Shown here: positions 35,201-48,579 of the stretch, piece after piece | How positions within the stretch are numbered: the stretch's first letter is position 1 | How the letters are laid out: every line of letters begins with the position of its first letter | NCBI GenBank assembly: GCA_026914245.1 | Contig: CP110440.1 | Span: forward strand, 3,534,001 to 3,598,000 | DNA: 64,000 bases | Direction: 5' to 3' | Source: Puccinia triticina | Taxonomy: Eukaryota | Program-made: the position numbers and the translations under genes | The notes under the pieces: generated by a model | What the model was told of the DNA's origin: nothing | The model's input: only the letters and a program-made list of their open reading frames with translations | The model's database searches: none

Positions 35201-37257
35201 ACTGCTCCATTTCCAGATCGAGCTTCAGATTCGAAAAGATAAGGTTAGTATATGTCTTGAAAGCTACCAAAAATTGAAAGACTTACTGCATAATATTTTG
35301 CTTGCGACAGATGCGGTACCGTTCGATCTTCCCCACGAGCTCGGAGCAGTCGGGCCACATTTTCCAATAGATGTGAGGTTTTTTTCAAAGAACTAAATAA
35401 ACGAATACATCCACGGAACCATTTGGATTAAAAAGTCGATTGGAGGATTAGATCGGGAATGAGCAGTTGAAGGATCAGAGCCAATCTGCGACTGACCCTG
35501 CCCCTAGTTCGATAGTTGTCAGGGAGAACCCGGTTGCATTCGCGGAAGAGCATGATGAATGTTGAAGAGCTGCGGCCGCAGGGCGAACAAACCTTGACCC
35601 CCCGAGGGGAACGCGGTTGGATGTCATATTAGCGCCAGTAAAGAAAATTATTGCCCATACGATACAAATCACCCAGCAATAGCGCTGGGAGAAGACGCGA
35701 GACTCAAGGCAAGAATGGCCAGGTTCGACTTACCCGTCCACATGCCCCTCTTCCCGTTGATCTGTATCTTGTTTAACGAAACTTGGGCTACGATTGCACG
35801 TTGAAGAAGTGCACAGTCCACCGAGGCGACAAGCCTAGTCGGATACACGCTAATCAGTTGGATAGCAAAAAGGCAGGAGGCAGGGTGCGAACTCCCAAGG
35901 TGCGAACCCAACGAGGCAATCACAGGCAGATAACAAGTTGCGAGGAAAACTGCGAGCAAGGAAAGAGAGCTCCACTTACGATCTCATGACTCTTGGCACG
36001 GAGGATTGCCAACTCGGTGGCAAAAGGCTAAACACTTGCAGCATCAGTAATATCCATTTCATCCAGCTGTCAAGACACTCGCAAAGCAATCCGGCCAAGG
36101 CATTCTTTCCAGTTTTTTTTTTTTTTGAGAACTTACGTAGTAGTCCTCAACTGTCGTGATTTGATCATAAATTTCCAAGCCTAAGTTGTCATCTGAGTGG
36201 GCAAAAATAGATTTTGGGACGATTAATCATAGAGACAAAGTTGAATTCCCAGTGAGATGTCGCGAATCTGAGTAGTGCATCAAAGTCGTCATAGACCTGG
36301 CACCCCATTGCGCTTGGCCCAGGCAGCCCCAAATCGCAAGTGAAGGGACAAACGATAAAAGGAAGAGAAAAATTTCACAACGGCTTGTTAGGAAAAAATT
36401 GTTACACACATAAAACCACTAGTGACCAAGGATTTTGCCAAGTACCCGGAGATTTGAAGTGGACCCAAGATGTTTTCCCAGTGCAGAATCCACGGAACGG
36501 CCGAGAAGAAAAGAAAAGAAAAAGAGCGAACATGTATCAATGATCAATTTGAAGACGTTTCCTTATCATTTCCGACATGCGAGATCATCACTAGACAATC
36601 CTACAGTAGCGTTGAGATTACATAGAGAAGGGATTAAACCTCCGTTGATTCCAAGTTCAATCTCTGGAGTGGTGCTGCTTGGATCCTTGGATTCATCTTA
36701 AACAGTCACAACTTCTGCATAATAGCCCATTGCCTTCAAGCCGCGCACAGAGAAACCTCCGTCACTTGGCCGGGGCTCCGCTTGGCTCGGGGTCATTCAG
36801 GACGCGTTCCGCGCATTCCCTTAAAAATCCCTTTGTTAGCATGCATGGAATCGCTAGCCCGTGGCATGACCTGCTAATGCGGGGGTGGTACCCCCATCAC
36901 TCTTACCACCACGGGGGTGGATGTGTACATAATTACTTGAATTGGCTCGCCACATCGGAGCCCAAAAAATGTCTGACGAAGAAGCCGAGACACGTGGATT
37001 ATGAACTCACCGGTGGGTATTACTTTGGAGTAAGCAAAGGAGCGATCGTCCGGCGCGTGACCCGGAACCAAAAGAGTTTGCCTGCTGAGACCCTCAATGA
37101 TTTCTTGGTGCAACGAGAACTCGATTGGGCCGTTCGACGAGTCGCAGCCTCTCAGGTCAATGATGCGAGGGGATCGCATGTCATTCTCTACATGTCTTGT
37201 TCCAAGATCGGGTTCGCATAGAGAATCGACTGGAATGTTGTTCCTCTGGTCCGACAT
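32261..37257 (-). CDS. EGT1: Ergothioneine biosynthesis protein 1 (histidine methyltransferase + DinB-like + FGE-sulfatase-like domains), multi-exon
   Basis: The spliced frame reads KVIPT-VVL-YDNLGLEIYDQITTVEDYY-PFATELAIL, IELGAG-SLKKT, YYA-LDL, ILWLGSSIGNF and ERSYKFS, then RPIDLRHAC, FERGIDP, HEAMHLETLLYM, GWDNESP, GGVWEWTST, YPGYSKDFFDGEHNVLLGGSWAT and NWYQFK-YPYVFAGGRVAYDY*. Confidence 0.93.
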
Positions 37258-40141
37258 TGGGCGGCAAACCTGGCTCCTGGGGAAAATTAAATCAAACCGC
37301 GGACAATTTTGTATCTGGTCATCGGTCAGACTCCAAAGGCAGCTGGATGGATATACAGATACGTAACAGAGGTAACTCAACCAGAAGTAGCTTGATAGTG
37401 ATGACTAAAGGGTTAGTAAGGCAAGGACCACGCTGGAACACGTCCTCTCAGCTCCGTAGGTCACTCCAAGGGATTTGTGCGAAATATGTATTGCGTATCT
37501 TGCTATGGACTGTTCTAGATTGATGATCAAAAGCGATAGCCCGAGGTGAAAGTGTTTGTATGTACAGCCAACTGAATTCTGTGAACGCGAAGAGTGTGAA
37601 CTGCACAAACCGGACGCTATCCTTCAGTTCTTATCTGAGAGACGCTCCCCTTTGTATTGTTTTCCAGAAGCTTGGATCCGAACAAATTTCTTGATATTTA
37701 TTTTGCTTTGCATTATGGTCTTAAAAGGTTGTAAATACCAATTATGCAAGATTTTCAGACTCTGGTTCCGCAGGATTCATGTGGACCGTGGTCTGGATCC
37801 TCAGAGGCATGTGGATACACGCAAACACGCTTTGTGGCCGCATTGAAAGTATCCGCACAAACTCCCAAATGAAGTCATTCTCGAATCTCCCCTGGGCTAT
37901 GTAGAGCTACCGGGGAAAGGAAAAAGGTCGAATTCCCACAAAAATGTTTATACACTCAGTTGGATAGACGATGAGCACATGGATCACCCCCGATCCGGCG
38001 CTCACCTGCAAACACTCATCCCTTCGACGGCCGGTCAGTGCCCGCCATCGAGGGCAACTCACTACACTCTTGATGACTCCCAACTGTTCTTCGAGAGACG
38101 TGCGAAATATTCACGTACTCTCTTCATGGCCGACACGACCGGTGGTCGAGAGTGATACGCACCTCTCTCGATAGGCGGTACTGCGAAGGCCGTGGCAGAC
38201 AACCATCAAGGTTTTTCGGGTTGCTCTTAATGACCGGAACTGATCGGCCATCGAGGAGAGTGTTTTGCTTGATGGCCGGGTTGTGCAGGCCATCAAGGGG
38301 AGTGGATGCGATGTTTTAATTGATTGCCAGCAGGGTTGTTTCTTTCTTTATTCAAGTCTCATTTGTTTCCATCTCACAGGATTAGCGCGTTGTTGCTCTT
38401 CTACCTTAACTACATAGGCCCGGCCCTGGTTGACTGGAAGACATCGTTGAAAGTCCAGTCAAGGTGAGTCATCCGGCGGATTGGATGGCTTGTCCGTCAG
38501 ATGCCGATGCCGGCGTCGCGGATGTTCTGGCTAAACGCACCCTCCCAATTAAACATACGACCCCCAAGACTACCTCTGAAGCTTCAGTGGCCGCGGCTGT
38601 GTTTCTAAAAGTGTGAACAACCTAAGCGATGATGTAGGGGTCATCCGTGGACCAGTTCCGGTCTGCCGTGTTGTCTCGGTCCCATCCGGCTTCTTGCACA
38701 ACTCTTCAAGGGCCCGCAACCTTTCCATCAAGCAAAAAGGCCAAGCTGAAACCCGGGGAGCTCAGCCAACCTGGTTAAAGTGAATTTTTGTGAAGGCTCA
38801 CAATCTGACACTGTCACCCCCTTTCCTTGCCTCTCAACATTGAAAAAGCAACTTTTTTTCAAGATGTTTCTTTTAACTCCCTTCTTTTTTTTTCGGGGGG
38901 GGGGGGGCATTCTACATTCACCTTTGTCATTCATTTTTTTTGGTCCAAGACCAAAGAAAATAACTCAAGAGAAACTGAAGGAAACTGATGCCCGTTGACA
39001 TACAGGAAGTAAGGCATATACTCTAGCCTGAACTTTTCCTCTAGTTCATTCATTATTATCAAGTTGATTCGCCCCTTTGTCAAACGTATTGATGGTATTT
39101 TTAGTATTTTACCTCGTTTTGCGATGTTATTATATTCGAGTCGGTTCGACAACTTGACAAGGGGCCATGAAGTTATTTGGGCACAAACTGCTACCCGCAG
39201 GACAGGCTCGAGATCTAGAAATCAGGGACATCGGCATACCTTCGAGGTCATAATCAAGACTTCCGGCAATCCATTCTTTCTTTTGCTCTCGATTATGTCA
39301 GTAGAACTCAGCGCGGTTGGCTCACCGCTGGGTTGGATGGCTGCACAGTGTAGCTAGATATGCCTATAGACATCACGAATGTTTGAACGATTTGCATTTG
39401 AAGATAAATCGTTGGAATACAAGATCTCGATTTATGAGGAATCGCGGGCTATTTTTGTCGAGCTTTAGTTCCTCGCCTGCCGCCAAGCAGGGGCAACAAA
39501 CGCGACCTAACGCGACCCCCCAATACGCTGGGAGTCAGAAACCCTGCGGGACTAGCTGAGGCTCTCCGAGGCACTCGGCTCACTCGACAGGCCTTGCTGG
39601 TGCCCTTACGTCTGGTGAACTCTAGGGAATCTCAAAGTCCTTTGTTTTAGTGGCACTCGGGTCTCATGTAGGATGCGTACATTTACCTGTCCGCCCAACG
39701 CCGGGAATTTTTCCTTTTGTGGTTCTTCCAGCCGTTGCGCTTTCTTGGAAGAAGGCTCGGGATGGTGGGTTCCCTTTTGTTCGACAGTTTCGGCTGCTTG
39801 AACCAGCCATCATCGTCGTTTCAGCTTAGCTTTCAACCATTTCAGCCAGTCCAGTGAGACACTCAGCCACCCCCGCGTTCAGCCATCTCTAACTTTTGTC
39901 TAACTCGCCCCGACTCCCCTGGACCCTGCTTCATAAAATTCCCACCAACTGTTTCACTCTCAATCCTAAAAACCTCGAAAACTCACACACTCCTCACATC
40001 CAATTGCCTCCTGCTTGCCTCTGTTGTCTGTACACTATCATCATCATCTGAACCATCTACCTCTTTGGCTTCGTTGGGCCCTTTGTAACCGAAAAAAAGG
40101 TCAAGACAAGCTCAAGGACGCCCGGAAGGAAACACTCACAA

Positions 40142-41192
40142 ATGTCGTCCTCTCGTTCATCGTCGCGGCTTTCACCCTTAAGAACGAAGCAAACAGGGAA
40201 GACATCAGCTCTTTTACCTGCCCAAATCCCACTGCCACCGTCGCCTCCGGCCTCAGACGCGCTCTTAATCGAAGATCACTTTGGTCCGCCCTCGCCACGG
40301 ACGGTCCGACGACGGGCTTCCCCCCGGAGGAAGGCTTCTGGATCGCGTGAACCAGTCCGCGAGTCTGCTCGACGCCGGGATACTCACCGAGCACTTGAAG
40401 CAGCCATTGAATCCAAACAACAGCTCAGTCGCACCCGCGTCAAGAAGCGTCGCGTACTCGAAGATCCCTTCGATTCCAACTCGCCACCCACTAGCCCTAC
40501 CACATCAAAATCTGCCTCTACAACGAAACGTCCCAGAGCCTCCAAATCTTGCCCCGCCCTTCGCCCCCTCGTCTCATCCACATCTTGTCCGATTGAGGAC
40601 AGTCCCAACAATCCTTTCCTCGTCCGTCCAGGGGAAAAGCCCCGTCGACCAGGCGCTAAACGAGACGATGAATATCGCAAACTAGTCTATGTCTTGTGAG
40701 CGAGCTTTTTTCTTCTTAATCTAATGTTTATGTTACTATTGGTCAGAATTCGATCAATCTAATCTTCTTTTTTGTTTCTATAGTCGAGGAAAACGGATAG
40801 TATGTGAGGATACGGAAGATTTGAATGACTCAGGTGGATCGCCGTTTAGTACCTCGGGTCCGAAGTTGCTTTTCCCGTCGGCGCCGAGTCCCGGACCAAT
40901 ACGCAAGTTGAAGTTCGAGGAGAAGGAAGACGAAGAAGAGACAGTGGGAGCAGGCAACGTGGCCGAGAAGAGTCCAAGAAGGGCCGCCCAAGCGGACGCC
41001 AGCCAGCTCGCCTTCCAAACACCTAAGCGGAACAAGCCCAAGATTCAGCCTGACTCCTCCCACATCCTCCCGACCCCTCAGAGCAGACCTAGACGTCCCG
41101 TCCAAACCAAAACACTCCCTAATTCCACTCATCCCCACCCGCTCTCTGGACCAGTCAAGGCCAGCCAAACTATGGCTAAGGCAATGAGATAA
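40142..41192 (+). CDS. rum1: Rum1/Sic1-like CDK inhibitor candidate; exons 40142-40695 and 40784-41192
   Basis: The spliced core NNPFL..KLVYVFRGKRI..GPKLLF matches, from memory, the S. pombe Rum1 inhibitory region (NPFL..YYVFRGKRI..KPKLLF). Flanks are low-complexity with many SP/TP sites. Confidence 0.75.
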
Positions 41193-42377
41193 GCCCTTCA
41201 ACCTGTGACTCGGCTTCAATCGATTTTTTCCTTTCTAGCCCTATTTCTCAATAATTCCTGCATTATCTCCCAATCATTTAAACAAAGAACAGGGATACTC
41301 GATTAAAAAATTGCAACATATGTAACTCTTCTATCATGAACTTGATGCGCAACTCTCCCCCTTCCCCCTTTGTATGATTGATCTTCTTATACACAGACAC
41401 ACATTATAAAACCTGCTTGGATTCTAATTTCCTTCTCTACATACATCTCTATTTTCCTATTCTTCTTTATTAAAGCCAAAAATAAATATCATCAAAAGAG
41501 TTGTGAGAAAGAAAATTTGACATTTTTCGTGTGTGTTGCACAAATTTCAACCACCCCCGTCTTTCTCTTGATGATGCATGTAGTTTGAAACATGCACATA
41601 TTTCATTGCATAACTATTGAAGTTCAATTTTGTATTCATGTTGATTGACCACAAAATCAAGATAAATATATAACTAATAATAAAAGACAATCAGTTTGTT
41701 TTCTAAACAGTTCAGAGTCCAGACACGCCTAAATGCTGCAAGATACATCGATGATCACATAATTATATTGGCTCCAAACGAGGCCTTAACTCCCACCAAC
41801 AATTTCAAGAAGTGACCTGCCCTAAAAGTGGCCTGGGTTTAGAATATGAGCTAAATGCTTTTTATTTCTATTGTGTATTTTCAAAGGGGAGCAAAAGTGG
41901 TTTCTAGGCTAAGAAATGGAAAATAGAAAATATCTAGCCTGCTTTCTAAATTGGCAGGAAGTCCTCCAGTGTGCCTAAGATACCTCACACTCTTGCTTGC
42001 AAGCGTGGTCTCAACAAAGCCCAGTAAAGCTCAGATGCAAACTTCCTCGCTACACAAATCAGTGTCATCAGAGCCACTCTGACTCCTCCAGACATCTGAA
42101 CCAAATCCAAGCTGAAAATTTTGGTAATTTATACCAATGACAGAACTACCAAAAACAACCAGACTTTCTCCTCTAGAAACACGATGATGTAAACGTTCAA
42201 TGATTAGCAAGACATCCAAACATGCTCATCGGAAAGATGGAAAGGAAAAAAGTGGATATCTGGCAAAAATAAAATAAAAAGGCGTGTTGTTTTCCGCACT
42301 TGAATGAATGTGTTTACAACTTTTTATTCTATCATAGCTAAAGCAAAGAGGCCAATTGGGTTGTTATTTTGAGAGGT

Positions 42378-43778
42378 TTAATCAGCATCGCTATCTTCAT
42401 CTCCCGATACCTCCTTATTCTCTCTTGCAACGCGCTCCATCAGTGCAGCCAATTCTAGGTCGTCTGTCTCAGAGACAGCTTTGGGCTAAATAGAAAAACA
42501 AACCAAGTGAATAGATGAACGAAGATCAGCCAGAAATAGAGACGCCAACCTTCATCTTGACAATGAGCTGGCCGCCGTCCTTCTTGAGACTTTCGCCGAT
42601 CCTATCAATGGCAGTCTCGAGTAGTTCGATGGCACCTTGCTTGTCGGTAGCATTGCTAACCATGACGTACAACGGGGGAGCGACCAATCTGATTTTTATC
42701 GGCACGGATTCCGTTCCAATCGACTCTCCCAGTTTTAGGGCGGTTCGGATCGCATCAATTCCCGAGTATGCGAAGCAAGTAGCCTCGATATCCGCTCGAA
42801 CCTTGACAGGTTGGGGGGTCAATCGCCGGGCAATATTGCTAGTCAGATGAGTCATCACGTTCTCCGGTATATTTAGCGCCCCAAATACCGTATCCGGCTC
42901 TCTAGTTGTCCCCAATCCAAGTCCATCATGATCAGTCTCCACAAAATGATAATTGGCAGCAGATTCAAACAAAAATTGTAAAAATCTTGGCTAACGTAAT
43001 ACTCAGCTTGAAAGCATCAAATGCGTGCCCGTACTTCTCAAACAATGGCCAAGCCACCATTTCGTTAATCGTCTCCATATCCAATTCAGTCTTCTCGGAA
43101 ACATGACGGATGATCGAGGATACGCTACAATGGACCAGATCCATCGGAAAAGGCCAAAAAGTAAAATAAACCACCGTTCTGCAAGAAAAGCCAGAAAGAA
43201 ATTCGGTCTACGTTTTTGATTTGTTATATCGTTCTTCGCACTTGACAACATCCTCAGCAGATACACGTCGTTTTGATAGATCAATATATCCTTTGATTTG
43301 TCGTAAGTTTTCGCGTCAATTACCATAGACGACTCGATTGATCTCGGATTTTAGTAAGGGTACGGAATACCTTTTTCCTTGTCAACCCTCATCACGACTA
43401 CCACTTCGTTCCTGCCAACTCGAATTAACTTTTGAATGGACCGGATACGTCGACGGGATAGTTCGGACAAAAGGATCATTCCTTCGATGTTGTCGTACTC
43501 GAGCTAAACAAAGAATGGCGGTAAAAAAGGATAAGCAAATGTGACTGAAGCTCTTTGGAACTGCCATGTCCGACGTGGCTTTGTTTAGTCACACACACCA
43601 ATTTGACGTAAGCACCCATTTCTTGAATTTGTTTGACCTGTACCATCACCAGGTCATCTGGTTCAGGAAATCTATACAGAGCGATTACAACCAAAGAAAG
43701 TGTTGCGTTCAAAAATTAATGCTTTCTGGCCTTCATGATAGTTCTGGGTTGAACATACCTCGGTCGGTAGTACCGCAT
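42378..43778 (-). CDS. SUI2: Translation initiation factor eIF2 alpha subunit, about 7 exons
   Basis: Reads [89 protein letters not shown] and [10 protein letters not shown], with an acidic C-terminus. Confidence 0.96.
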
Positions 43779-44233
43779 CTTTGTCTGGGTTGAAAGTTGA
43801 GATGGAGTAGTTCCTGGGAAATCCGAGAGGTCTTGACTTTTGAGATGGCTAAGTTCGATCGAGGGTTCGATTGGACGCCTTGGAGCCTGCCGGTGAGTTG
43901 ACTTGGTGGTGGATGGCTAGGGCGCAGGGAGACAAGTTTCAGCGCGGAGGCATACTCAACAAGAGCATCGCGCCACCCGCCAGCCCCTGCAATATGCTTG
44001 TAAAAAACACATCAATCATCCACTCAACCCTAATAATTCCTCTTGTTGTACGTAGTCAGCGCTTTTCTGCCACACCACTTCAAGCTAGCAGAAAATCAGG
44101 TCTCCTCTCAGCTCTACCCTCAAACAAGATTCCTTGACCCCTTTTTTGCTCTGCCTCTGATTCTAAATCTCAGGTCCTCTCCCTTTTTTAGGCAATTGGA
44201 TTGACAAGGTGGGTTGACAAGGTGGGCAGTGGG

Positions 44234-47200
44234 TAAAGATGGCAATCGGGACCCGCACCGCCGACCTTTTTTGGCCAAGATAGATACCCTTGGACGGGTG
44301 TTGGCAGTACTTGGGCGGTGTACCCGCGGGTATACCGCCTAGACTTGCCACAAAAATAGCTCAAATATATATTGATTGCTCTTGTCTGATCACTTCTAAT
44401 CCACAACAATACTTTTTTTCCCCTTGTCCTTTGAACTTCCCTTCTCCTTAGCATTTGACCTCTTCTCCTGCTGAATTTGAGCCTTCCATTTAGCCAGGAG
44501 GCCATCCTCAATCAATCCATTCCTCAAGTAGAAGGCCACCATCATGCCCCTGCTCAATGATCGTGCCAAGAGCCAGTGCCTCTTTGCCAACACATAATCG
44601 CGGCCAAAACTGAAAGCCCTTTCCACATCAACCAGTTACCAATGTAGCTGACATATCAGACTGTCAGTGCATGTATCAATGAAGGACATAAAGAAACCAA
44701 CTCACCTGGACAACTCAAGACATTGAGTGCCATCTGCAAGAGACCCCCGTGAGTGTTTCCGGATCTCTTTTGGTTCATCCACCATTTGAGTGGATTTACG
44801 GGTTTGTTGCCTTCCAATACTAGCCCGCCTGCAAGCCACACCTCCAATGCATCTGTTGAGCAGCGTCCACCTTGCAGCAGCAGCACTTCCAAGGCCAGCT
44901 AACATACCAGTCTTGGGCTGAGGGACAAGAACTCAAGTGGATTAGCATTAAGGAATTTTTTTTCTATAAATAGATACAAATGAAGTATTACCTTATTGTT
45001 AGATGATGATGAGGGGGTCATCGGGATGACTGCAGGCTTGTAAAAAGATACCCACATCTCCCGGGTTAGCCGTATCAATTTGACTATCCACTTGGGTTCC
45101 TAATTTGCTAACTTGAAGTATTTGTCCCTAAAAGATGAGTGAAGGACTGAATCATGTGTGTTAGTGACAAATAAGTGATATTTATCAATATGAAAGCAAG
45201 AAATTAAAATTACCAATAGCTATCCTATAAAGAGGGGAAGTGTCAGTAAGGCTGTAGTATTTGTTGGTCACCTTTAACCCAAGCCAACAGGCATTCCTTA
45301 ATGCCGGTGGATAAGCTGAACTGCTGATCACTGATGAGAAATTCTCAGTGATTTGATTGATGAAGACAACAATATTTGATAATTGAGGTGAGGCAGAGAC
45401 CAACATTTAAAGTGTGATCTCATTGAAGAGTTTCAGAACATCAACCAGATTGTGTGCCAAGTCAAAATTGGACTTGTTCAAGTAGTGCTTATGCTCAAGT
45501 CTGTGCCACTCAACACTTGAGTGAAGCAAATACATATCAGCAAAGGAATAAACGTAATCAAATCAGCTGAAATAAGAATGACTTACATGGCATCCTTGCA
45601 TCTGATGATGCTGGAGAGTTGTGTATAGGTGGAATTCCATCACATACAAACATCTCTCCCAACCGTATGAGTGGTGGAACACTCCTTTTTGCTGCTCATT
45701 TCTTTGAACAAGTCCCTCGAGTTGGAGGAGTACCTAAGTTTTTTAGTGATTGCACGGAACTGTTAGGGAGCAAGGCATCAGTCTCAGTCAGGCTTGCTTG
45801 AAAGGAAATAAGCAGCAAGCTATCTTAATTTAGCCAAGCTTTGTTTACAGCCACTTGTGGTGTATTGATCCACTTCATCCTTGTTGCTAGCGTTATCAAT
45901 ATCCTCCAGCTTGAGAATTGTAGAGTCCTCAATATGTTGAGTATCATCCTTGCTTGTGGTAGATTCTCCATCTTTGGAAACAGTATCTTTCTCAATGTCA
46001 AGACTTGAATGTGAGAAACAGGCCTGTCAGCCTCTTGACATGAAACAAATAAGATGCATGTTTGGACTCACAGTATTATTTGATCAGCTGAAATGTTGTT
46101 GTTGCTCTCTGAATCTGAATTGTCTGAATCATCCTGATCCAATGTAGTTTGGGTATTTGAAGTCCTTGCTATCTTTTGATTTCCAAATGGTTGGAGGATC
46201 CCTTGGACAATTAGACTGAGCACATGCACAAAACATAGTCTCCACTTGGACTCCCCTTTAAAACAATCCCACTTGTGCTTCTTGAGCTCCCTTACCATAA
46301 CTCCATTGTTGGCCATGCTGTCGCTGACAATGCCACAAATCTGGGTAAGAATGTAGTTGATCAGCTGGTTGTACAATTGGAAAAAGTTAGATAAAGAGAA
46401 CCAAGAACAAAGACAAAATAACTTATGCTGAATCCCAAACTTTTACACTACCAAGCAGACAGTCTTGGCTAAGTACCCACTGGTGTGCCAATGGGAGAGC
46501 CAAACAAAATCAAGAGGCATTGCCACCAGCTTCTGTTGAGATAGAGTATGCTTATATCTTAGTTTATCTATGATTCTACTAAAACACTTTCAATCATGTA
46601 TATAGTCTACACATGATTGCCTCAGGAGTTTTCTCCCCTAGTGAATCAGAACCATCTTCTCACTCCCTCAAGTGACACAGTCTTGTCACCCTGTGAACTT
46701 CATGTTTTTCCCCCTCGTCCCTCTCAACAGCTTCAAGTCATTGGATTTGAGCTCATGCAATTGGTAGATTACAATCCCAAGTATGTCAAAGCCGTTTGGT
46801 GACTGCCACGCGTTGACTCCTAAGTACAACACCCCTGTGTGTGACTAAGTAACAAAAAGAAACTGTTATTTGGGTGATATGCTCTGAGGAAATGAAATTG
46901 CTTACTTGGAGAACAGCCTTGTACTTTTGCTGGATAGCTGAGTACAGCATATGGATATCCCTTGAAACCATCCTTCTGGATGGTAAATGAGCAACAACGA
47001 CCGGATGGAGGATGGCCCAATGGCTATCATCAGCAAGCGCCAAAAAGGGCCTTGCGGCCTCAGCGCACCAGGTTGCACACAATTGTGAAACCTAAATAAG
47101 AACAAAAGATAAAAATTAGGTCTGCAGTTTGTTGTCAAAAATTAGAAGACTTACTTCTTTGGGATTGATATCCCCCATCCCCTTGATTCCAACACTTGCA

Positions 47201-47810
47201 AGCGACCGGGTGGTTGTTTTTTCATTTTTTTCCAAAGACAGTTCACAGCATGCTTGATCAAGTTGCTGCAAGAAGAGTTGCCGGTGGGGTGGTTGATCTT
47301 GGTTCCACATCTGGAGTTGGATTTGAGGGATTATCAGGGAGGAGTTGGGATCTCAGCAAGTAGTCAGTCAACAAAAAAATAAAACTACTTACATTTTGCA
47401 TGGATATGCAATCATTTGGCGGCCATGCTTGTCTACTTGACTAGATAGCTCCGGTGTTGAGTAAGATTTATAGCTTGCGCTGATGGCATTTGCAGCGATT
47501 GTCTGGGCCTTTTCTGAAATTAAAGGAAATGAAAGGTAGGGTCAGAACACAATTTCTTGATTGATTTATGATTACTAACCTAGCTCCTCCCAATTGGTCA
47601 GTTTAGTTCCTGATGGAGGCTCTGCGGTAGCCGATTTGCTTTCTTTGGGCTGGGTGTCTTTCTGAGTAGATTGAGGATTTGGAGAGGAAGCAACAGACAG
47701 TTCAAGTGAGGTGTTTGGTTTTTTTTGCTTGCAGCCTGACATGGTGGTTGGTTCTGGGTGAGATGCTGGATATGCAGATATCATGGCGGGCTTCAATATG
47801 AAGTACACAC
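44234..47810 (-). mobile_element. Degenerate hAT transposon with an intron-containing transposase pseudogene
   Basis: Dimerisation motif NPLKWW..LLQMALNVLSCP..VERAFSFGR, plus DSMANN..CFVHVLSLIV and CAEAARPF, with many stops. An Ac-like terminus TAAAGATGGCAATCGGG lies at 44234; the partner terminus was not found. Confidence 0.85.
46534..46729. mobile_element. Solo LTR (196 bp) inserted in the hAT transposase
   Basis: TGTTGAGA...TCTCAACA termini with the 5-bp TSD GCTTC on both sides. Confidence 0.88.
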
Positions 47811-47912
47811 GGGCACAGCGCCACAGTTCTCAGTGCTCTGGAGCATCCATTATCCAGGCCTTCATCCTTGATCCAGGTCTCTACCACCGGTTGCCCCATC
47901 ATCCATTCGCAC

Positions 47913-48579
47913 CTAACTTAACACAAGTCCCCCACATTGGAGGGCCCTGGTACAGCCTGGGCTGGCGCGAAGCACCCTCACGCAAAGCACAACCTCGGAA
48001 GGAGGGACTTGGGACTAATGTCCACATTTTGGCCTGAGGGTTTGAGGCCTTTTGGTGGGGGATTTGTGCCATTCCAATTTTGACCTTGTTCCCAAACAGC
48101 CCCACACACGCCCTTTGGACCATGAGAATCCTCTGGTTCTTCCCCATCTTTTGACGCTACACTCATCCCTGAGAACCCAACCCTTCTCTTTCCATGCTCC
48201 TTCAAACTTTTGGTTTTGAAGGTCATTCTGAGCTGTATCCAGTGAATGTATTGAAAAACAGTACAGTATTCAATTCAATCCCCAGGAACCAAGCTCTGTT
48301 TTAGATGCCTTGCCCAATCCAGCTTGTGTGACAGATTTTCACTTTGAGGACAGGAACTGGAAGCCAAGAAGCTTGGCTGTTCCACCCCTTCATACCTTCA
48401 CCCGGGTTGGAACAGTTTTTGCTGTGTGAGGGGAAAAAGAAGAAATATGGCTAGAAAGCCACAAACAACCCAAACCCGCAAGCCAAAATTACAACATTAG
48501 TCATAAGCCTCTCCTACGGAGATTCCCTTCGGGACATGGGGGTCCCCCCCCCTCCGTTCGAGAGGCTTAGTTAGGCTAG
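47913..48579. mobile_element. Hairpin-ended non-autonomous DNA element, copy 2
   Basis: Ends are CTAACTTAAC and GTTAGGCTAG, with an exact 9-bp TSD CATTCGCAC (47904-47912, 48580-48588). Confidence 0.88.
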
